A stretch of DNA of 64,000 nt, taken from assembly GCA_026770705.1 (NCBI GenBank), contig JANJGN010000150.1, forward strand, positions 1-64,000, read 5' to 3'. Below, in pieces: positions 62,088-64,000 of this stretch. The notes beneath the pieces were generated by a model. It did no database searches. It was not told the DNA's origin and worked only from the letters and a program-made list of their open reading frames with translations. The position numbers were made by a program, and so were the translations under genes. Every line of letters starts with the position of its first letter. The first letter of the stretch is position 1. This DNA comes from Isurus oxyrinchus. Lineage: Eukaryota.

Positions 62088-64000
62088 TGAGGAGCGGGAA
62101 TGGATCTGATTTCTTCTTGGTTAGGCCTCACCGCTGAGCCTTTGTGTGTAATGACTCCATAGGACCCTGGTCCTGAACAGAAACCTTGGAGATGAAGTCC
62201 CGTCCTTTCACTGAGGATACCCTCCATTGTGTTGTGTGGCACTACCACCATGCTGGATGAGCAGGTTATTGTTGAGTCAATGCCTCTTAATGTCGATTAC
62301 ACCTTTGTCACTTTGCTTATGATGAAGAGTAAATTAATAAGGTGGTGATTGGCCAGGTTGGAATTGTCCCGCTGGATTGGACATATCCCTGGGCAGTTTT
62401 TCACATTGCAGGTTCAGCAGGCCCTCCCTTCGATGCGCTGTAAAGGACATTGTCCAAGAGCAGGCACAGTGGAGTGCTGAGAGTCACAGTCAAAATGTTG
62501 TAGGTGATCTCAAATCCTTGTAAGCACTCGGCCAGCCAACAGCCTGAGATGGACACACATGTGGACAGTACTGACACCTGCCAATGGGCCCCTCATTTTC
62601 TTACCTTGACAGGCTGTCCCCACTATTTCCCACTGCCAAGTTGTCGAAGAATATCGGATCACAAAGATTCCAGTATGATGCCCTGCCTGCCTTTAAAAAT
62701 GACTCCCCGGGAGATGCCTTGCTCATCCCAATAAGATCAAGTTGAATCAGGAGATCCTTCAATGATGCTTCCTCAGTTTCCGTAGCGTAGAAGCTTTCAC
62801 CGTTCCCTCTTGCAGCTGCTGGCATTTGTGTTGTGCTAAATGGACTAGATCAATTGACAGACTTGCATTGTCCAGCAGGTGTAATGTTGGAGCTCCTTTG
62901 AAACTGCCAATATTGTTGAAACTTTCTGCATATTTCAATGTTATGTCATGAATTGAGGTGATGGGGTAGTATGTGAAACTGGGACAAACATAAATCCATT
63001 GGCTTTTGGCCAGATTGGATAATCCTGGCAGTGGGTGGGGCCAGAAAATCCCACCCCTATGGGACATTTTCAGTTTATTTGATGTGCTGAGAGAGATCAT
63101 TAAGGACAACAATCCACAATTTATTGGCAAGCCACGTCAGGATATGTGTGAGAGGTGGAATATCGATCACCGCTCCTCGTCTCACCGTGCACATCATCGC
63201 CATTTCCTGGTTTGTCTGTCACCACATGTATATGTTCCTGATGGGATAGTGGATGGTCATTCTTATTGCTTGAAGGTTCCCAGTTGTGTAGGGTCTGTTT
63301 GGATCAGCGCACGGCTCTTTGTAGCTGCATCAGCCTTTGCTCTAGTGCCATGCCGCTGTCAATGGCCCTTTCTGCCACAAGCCTTGCAGGATTGGTGGAA
63401 AGCTGGGCATTTCCTTGGTGCCTGCAGAAGGCCACACCTTCCACACGTCTCACTAGGTTTGGATGTTCTAGTGAGTGTGTCAACAATTGATGTTGTACTG
63501 AGGACCTGTAAGCTTCGTTGACCTGCGAGGATTACTTCGTATTTATGTCCATCCTTGAGTAGCTCTTCAATGCTATAGGTTTTGGACTTATCTAGCAGAT
63601 CTTTCTGGAAGGCTTCCATGGGAGTGGATGCGATCACCAACTCAACAACTCTGTCTGCAGGCTCTGTGTTTGAAATCACAGTGCGTACCCTTTTCTCTAC
63701 ATTGGCTGACAAAGTGGTCTATGGATTGTGTAGGCTGATGAAATGACATAAACTCTAGTTGATGAATATGGAGTTTCACCTGATTCTGAACCTGTCTTCC
63801 AAAGTCGTCCATATCTATTGGGGATCCTTTCACTCTTCTGCTGTTAATCCTGACGTGTTCAGCCTGTGTAGACCTTCATTCCCAATCACGAGGTGAATTT
63901 TTATGGCTTGCTCGTCTGGTTCAGTCACACCTGAATCAGGAAACCAGAGCTCTGTACGCTGTTTAAACATTCTGAATTCAGATAGTCGGTCAGCTCCATC
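62088..64000 (-). mobile_element. Third copy of the intronic Gypsy-like element
   Basis: Near-identical to 9530-10660 (inverted) and homologous to 46470-49490. Confidence 0.8.

Overview
Repeat-rich vertebrate genomic DNA. The CR1/L2 LINEs, Penelope-type short elements and 30-bp and 40-bp minisatellites look elasmobranch (shark-like); that taxon call is inference. The window holds a recently duplicated cluster of CD33-related Siglec-like immunoglobulin-superfamily receptor genes, which I reconstructed exon by exon from splice sites and phases. Gene A (minus, 12.6 kb to <1.7 kb): leader-V-V-C2, running off the window. Gene B (minus, 20.5-15.4 kb): leader-V-C2-(broken Ig3)-TM with an intramembrane Arg and a short tail, i.e. 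activating type, but its V exon carries a nonsense codon. Gene C (minus, 35.4-23.2 kb): leader-V-C2-Ig3 (1-bp deletion)-neutral TM-three cytoplasmic exons with VYENC, LYANC and a terminal ITIM SVYGNL, i.e. inhibitory type. An orphan ITIM exon lies at 40.5 kb. Gene D (plus, from 44.7 kb): leader-V-V-C2-(broken Ig3); it lost its TM exon through a ~3.9-kb microhomology deletion that fuses it to the next gene copy. The main finding is a paired activating/inhibitory Siglec-like receptor system with homogenised ectodomains, hypervariable V-domain loops, double-V receptors with a candidate compensating cysteine, and an 85-nt exon apparently used both as a 5' exon and as a cytoplasmic coding exon. The long ORFs in the supplied track at 35.6-38 kb are satellite artefacts. 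Repeat boundaries are approximate, and no expression data are available.
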